64,000 nt of DNA from an uncultured Chloroflexia bacterium (GTDB taxonomy: Bacteria > Chloroflexota > Chloroflexia > QHBQ01 > JADMIH01): assembly GCA_963797095.1 (NCBI GenBank), contig CAWCNY010000006.1, forward strand, positions 800,001 to 864,000, written 5' to 3'. The notes beneath the pieces are model-generated. The model did no database searches and was not told the origin of the DNA. It saw only the letters and a list, made by a program, of their open reading frames with translations. Below are positions 60,016 through 64,000 of this stretch, one piece after another. Each line of letters opens with the position of its first letter. The stretch's first letter is position 1. A program made the position numbers and the translations under genes.

Positions 60016-61443
60016 ATGGCTATAATCACTCTTGACAGTGACACAATCTCCCATACTCCCTTGCCTGCCCCTTCACCTAATGGTGTGGTAATAGCAGGGG
60101 CCGGCCTCGCTGGTCTCTCAGCAGCCAAGTACCTGAGCGACGCAGGCTACCGCGTGACCCTTCTCGAAAAACGGGAAGTGGCCGGGGGCAAGGCCTCTTC
60201 CTGGCAGGACGCCGACGGCGATTGGCTCGAAAGCGGCCTGCATGTCTTCTTCGGGGCCTACCGTAATCTCCTCGCCTTCCTGCGCGAGACCGACCTCCAC
60301 GACAACCTCGTCTGGATGCCCCACGCCCTCACCTTTTCCTCCGAGCATGGCAAACTCTCCCCTCTGGCTTTCCCTCAGTCTCTACCCGCCCCCTGGCATG
60401 GCCTGGTCGCCATAGCGCGCAGCCGGGGCGTGCTCACAGGGTTCGACAAACTACGAACAGGCATGGGCCTGCTCTGGCCTATCCTCTGCAAGCAAAGCTA
60501 CATCGATAGGCAAGATGCCATCTCCTGGGAAGCCTGGCACCACCGCCACGGCCTCAGCAGGCGCTCCCTGGGCGATTTCTTTGACACCATGGCCCTCGCC
60601 CTCAACTTCAACCCCGGCAGCGAGGTGTCGGCCAAGCTCCTCCTCACCGTCCTCAGCCACTTCGGCAAGGAGACCGACGCGTCGCGTGTGGCCTTCCTCA
60701 AGGGCGCGCCTGAGCTACGACTATTCCGTCCCCTTCTCAGCCAACTACAGGAGCGCGGTGTGGATGTGCGCCTCAACTCCAAAGTGCGCTCGATCCTCTA
60801 CAATTCCCACGAAAACACCATCGAGGGCTTTGAGATGGACGATGGCTCGGTCGTAAAAGGCGATGCCTACATATCGGCCATGCCGGTGCATAACCTCTGG
60901 AAGACCCTCCCACCCACCATGCGCTCCCTTGCGCCTTTCTCCGGCCTGCGCCACCTGCACGGCGTGCCCGTCATGACCGTCCAACTCTACTTCGACCGCC
61001 CCGTTACCGGGGTGGACAACCTCATCTTCTCCAGCCGCTCGCACATGTCGGTCTATGCCGAGCTAGGTGCCATCTGCCCCGACTTTCGGGAGAGCCTTGG
61101 CGGTCGCTCCATGGTGGAGCTAGTAATCGCCCCGGCAGCGGAATGGTTCAAGCTGGACGGCGCCTCCCTCACCGAACGCGTTATGAGCGAGTTCACCGCC
61201 CGCCACCCGAAGGCGTGCCAGGCAAAACTCCTCAAGAGCACTGTGGTGCGCATCCCGCAATCAGTCTACAAGGCCCGGCCCGGCACCGACCGCTACCGCC
61301 CCGACCAGGCAACGAGTGTGCCCAACTTCTTTCTCGCGGGCGACTACACCCGCCAGGACTATATGGCAAGCATGGAGGGTGCGGTGCTCAGCGGCAAACA
61401 GGCCGCAAGCCGCATCGCCGCCACCATCCCTGTTCGGGCATGA
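60016..61443 (+). CDS. CrtP/Pds-type phytoene desaturase family protein
   Basis: IAGAGLAGLSAAKYL.DAG, WQDADGDWLESGLHVFFGAY.N, ALNF and FFLAGDYTRQDYMASMEGAVLSG. Confidence 0.85.
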   Translation: MAIITLDSDTISHTPLPAPSPNGVVIAGAGLAGLSAAKYLSDAGYRVTLLEKREVAGGKASSWQDADGDWLESGLHVFFGAYRNLLAFLRETDLHDNLVWMPHALTFSSEHGKLSPLAFPQSLPAPWHGLVAIARSRGVLTGFDKLRTGMGLLWPILCKQSYIDRQDAISWEAWHHRHGLSRRSLGDFFDTMALALNFNPGSEVSAKLLLTVLSHFGKETDASRVAFLKGAPELRLFRPLLSQLQERGVDVRLNSKVRSILYNSHENTIEGFEMDDGSVVKGDAYISAMPVHNLWKTLPPTMRSLAPFSGLRHLHGVPVMTVQLYFDRPVTGVDNLIFSSRSHMSVYAELGAICPDFRESLGGRSMVELVIAPAAEWFKLDGASLTERVMSEFTARHPKACQAKLLKSTVVRIPQSVYKARPGTDRYRPDQATSVPNFFLAGDYTRQDYMASMEGAVLSGKQAASRIAATIPVRA

Positions 61444-62618
61444 ACCTCAACTCACTTATGTTCAAACACAGAAGCACGGGGGTCAAATTGGAGCAGCAGA
61501 ACATCCTCAGTTTCACAGGTGCAAGCGCCGGACACGCAACCTATCGCTGGCCTCGCGTCGCCCCCGTCAACCCGCCCTCCAGCCGGGGCGTATTGCAGCA
61601 GCTCCATGACTACCTCACTCCACCTATCACGTCGGCCATCCCCACGCGCCGCCAGATCAGGAGCGGCGCTTACGACCGAATGCTCGCTCACTGCATCGCC
61701 GAAGCGCAACGCCCCGACCCCCGCATGGCCTGGGCCTATCGCGCCTGCACAGACGTGATCCGTCAGCATTCCAAGAGCTTCTACTTCAGCGCCCGCCTCC
61801 TTCCCAACGGTAAGCGCCAGGGCATCATGGCCCTCTACGCCTTCTGCCGCCTCAGCGACGACCTTGTGGACCGTGCCGATCTCCATCGAAACAATAATAT
61901 CCACACAGCTCGCGCCGAAGCAGCCGCCGCCCTCAACTCCTGGGCCGAGCTAAATCGCCGCTCGACCGTCGCCCACGATAACGCTACAGTGGTCGCCTGG
62001 GCCGACACCCGCCTCCGCTGCTCCATCCCCGGCGAATTGGCCGACGACCTCCTGGCGGGCGTTCGGATGGACCTCACCGTCGACCGCTACGATACCTGGG
62101 ACGACCTGTGGCTTTACTGCTACCGCGTGGCAAGCACCGTCGGCCTTATGAGCATGTACATCACCGGTGCTGACACAATGGACGCCGTCCCATACGCTGT
62201 GCAGTTGGGTGTTGCCCTCCAACTAACCAACATCCTGCGCGATGTGGGCGAGGACCTTCAGGCCGGGCGCGTCTACCTGCCCCAGGAGGATATGGCCCGC
62301 TTCGGCTATACCTCCGAGATGCTTCATGCCGGGTTGGTCAACAGGCAGTTCATCGACCTCATGCGCTTCCAGATCGCCCGCGCCAACGCCCTCTACGACG
62401 CCGCCCTTCCAGGCATCTCCATGTTGCCCAGCGACAGCCGCGTAGCAGTGAGCGCCGCCGCCGCCGTCTATCGCGGCATCCTCGATAAGATCGCCTGCGC
62501 CAACTACGACGTATTCAATCGCCGCGCTCACCTCTCCCTTGGCGAAAAGCTAAAGGCGCTGCCAGGCATCTGGTGGGGTGCCAAACAACAAACACTAAAC
62601 GCAAATAAGCAAGCATAG
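61440..62618 (+). CDS. crtB: Phytoene synthase (start uncertain)
   Basis: HSKSFY, YAFCR.SDDLVD, YCYRVASTVG and QLTNILRDVGED..GRVYLP motifs. Confidence 0.92.
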   Translation: MNLNSLMFKHRSTGVKLEQQNILSFTGASAGHATYRWPRVAPVNPPSSRGVLQQLHDYLTPPITSAIPTRRQIRSGAYDRMLAHCIAEAQRPDPRMAWAYRACTDVIRQHSKSFYFSARLLPNGKRQGIMALYAFCRLSDDLVDRADLHRNNNIHTARAEAAAALNSWAELNRRSTVAHDNATVVAWADTRLRCSIPGELADDLLAGVRMDLTVDRYDTWDDLWLYCYRVASTVGLMSMYITGADTMDAVPYAVQLGVALQLTNILRDVGEDLQAGRVYLPQEDMARFGYTSEMLHAGLVNRQFIDLMRFQIARANALYDAALPGISMLPSDSRVAVSAAAAVYRGILDKIACANYDVFNRRAHLSLGEKLKALPGIWWGAKQQTLNANKQA

Positions 62619-62663
62619 ATCGCACCAGCTACTTACAATAAATACAGACTGGAGACAACAAAG

Positions 62664-63368
62664 ATGGTCGCAACATTACAACAAGCCTCCTGGACAATAA
62701 AAGGCTACGAAAATACAAATACTCACAGAACAAAGGCAGCCGATCTCAGGCATGATCTTCCGCTTGCCTTCGACAATAGGCTGGAAAATAAAGCGGACGA
62801 AGAACTCGTGGGATCCATGGCGCATGGCAGTACGCAGGCCCTCGAAGAGCTTTACAACAGGCACGTGCGCAATTGCTACGGGCTTGCTATGAAGATAGTA
62901 CGCGACCCCCACCTCGCTGAGGAGGTCGTGCAGGATGTATTTGTCAAGCTCTGGAGCAAGCCATCCAGCTTCATCCCCGACCGTGGCAAGTTCGTCGGTT
63001 GGCTCATGACCCTGGTGCACAACCGCTCCGTGGACAAGCTCCGCCGCGCCAACGCTCAATCTACCGTGGCGACGATCACCCTCGACTTCGAGAACCGCCA
63101 TGGCGTGGCCCTCGCCGATGTTCTCCCCGACGAATCACCCTCGCCCGACGACCTTGCCTGGGCGCGGGAGCAGGGTGACGTGATCCGCGACGCCCTGCGC
63201 CGCCTCCCTGAGCCTCAGCGTCAGGCGATCTCGCTGGCCTATTTCGGCGGCCTGACCCAGAAAGAGGTAGCCGAGCGCCTGCAAGAGCCGCTGGGCACCA
63301 TCAAGACCCGCACGCGCACCGGCCTCCAACAACTCCGCCGCCTGCTGGTAGGGGCTGACCTCGAATGA
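62664..63368 (+). CDS. ECF sigma factor (SigK-like)
   Basis: AEEVVQDVF..LW, WL..L.HNR.VD.LR and LAYFGGLTQ.EVA..L..PLGTIKTR motifs. Confidence 0.9.
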   Translation: MVATLQQASWTIKGYENTNTHRTKAADLRHDLPLAFDNRLENKADEELVGSMAHGSTQALEELYNRHVRNCYGLAMKIVRDPHLAEEVVQDVFVKLWSKPSSFIPDRGKFVGWLMTLVHNRSVDKLRRANAQSTVATITLDFENRHGVALADVLPDESPSPDDLAWAREQGDVIRDALRRLPEPQRQAISLAYFGGLTQKEVAERLQEPLGTIKTRTRTGLQQLRRLLVGADLE

Positions 63369-64000
63369 AAGTGGTCGTAATAGGCGGGGGCCTTGCCGGC
63401 CTCACCGCCGCCGCCGACCTTGCTGCCTCCGGCGCGCAGGTGACCCTGCTCGAAAAGCGCCCTGTGCTTGGCGGTAAGGTCTCCTCGTGGGACGCCGATG
63501 GCTGGCCTGTCGAATCGGGCCTGCACATCTTCTTCGGTTGCTACACCGAGCTACTCGCCATGATGCGGCGCGTAGGTGCCTACCCCAATATCCTCTGGAA
63601 GGAGCATAGCATCCATGTCGCCCGCCCCGGCGGTCGCGAATCGCGCTTCCATTTCCCCTCCCTTCCCGCCCCCTTCAACGGCATCCTCGCCTTCACCACC
63701 AACGACCTTCTTTCCTGGCGCGAAAAGTTCACTAATGTGCGCGCCCTCATTCGCCCCTGGCTCCGCTCCCTCGACAAGGTCGCACAATGGGACGACCGCA
63801 CATACGCCCAGTGGCATCGCGCTTATGGCATCGACGAAGGTGTGCTCACCAAGTGGTGGAACCCCATCGCCCTCTCAATGGGCTTCCTGCCCGCCGACGA
63901 GATGTCGGCCCGTCCCATGACCACCGTCTTCCACCACTTCTCGCGCAAAGCCCAGGCATCCCGCGTTGGCTTCCTCGATGGCCCACCCGCCGAGCGCATG
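63365..64000 (+). CDS. Second CrtP/CrtQ-type carotenoid desaturase (possibly zeta-carotene desaturase), runs off the window
   Basis: ATGA overlap with the sigma gene; MKVVVIGGGLAGL..GGKVSSWDADGWPVESGLHIFFGCY..WNPIALSMGF..MSAR. Not in the ORF track because it has no stop in the window. Confidence 0.85.
   Translation, partial: MKVVVIGGGLAGLTAAADLAASGAQVTLLEKRPVLGGKVSSWDADGWPVESGLHIFFGCYTELLAMMRRVGAYPNILWKEHSIHVARPGGRESRFHFPSLPAPFNGILAFTTNDLLSWREKFTNVRALIRPWLRSLDKVAQWDDRTYAQWHRAYGIDEGVLTKWWNPIALSMGFLPADEMSARPMTTVFHHFSRKAQASRVGFLDGPPAERM

Overview
GC-rich bacterial chromosomal window, most likely Chloroflexota. This is an inference from the YFPETGH-type surface repeats, an MPxTG sorting signal, GAAC-N4-GTTC LexA boxes and gene content. 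Main contents in order: (1) an nrdR-nrdJ operon preceded by an array of NrdR boxes, with two LAGLIDADG inteins in nrdJ, each inserted immediately before a redox-active cysteine; (2) an AT-richer island with a BrnT-like toxin, an RHH antitoxin with a long tail, a DUF6941-like gene and an unannotated 43-aa basic peptide; (3) metabolic and envelope genes, including amt, an amidase, an AcpA-type phosphatase with Pho-box-like repeats, a glycoside hydrolase and plsY; (4) an IS110 element whose non-coding end contains exact copies of its own target flank and donor end in a bridge-RNA-like layout; (5) an IS701-like element inserted at the ruvB stop codon; (6) ruvB, an LCP protein, lipoate ligase and lpdA, ftsY-ffh, recQ, dinB and a GGDEF protein; (7) the start of a carotenoid operon with two CrtP/CrtQ-type desaturases, crtB and an internal ECF sigma factor under a CarH-like operator. 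Four genes carry single-base frameshifts, several of which may be assembly errors. No rRNA, tRNA or CRISPR array was recognised. All family calls come from motif recognition, not database searches.
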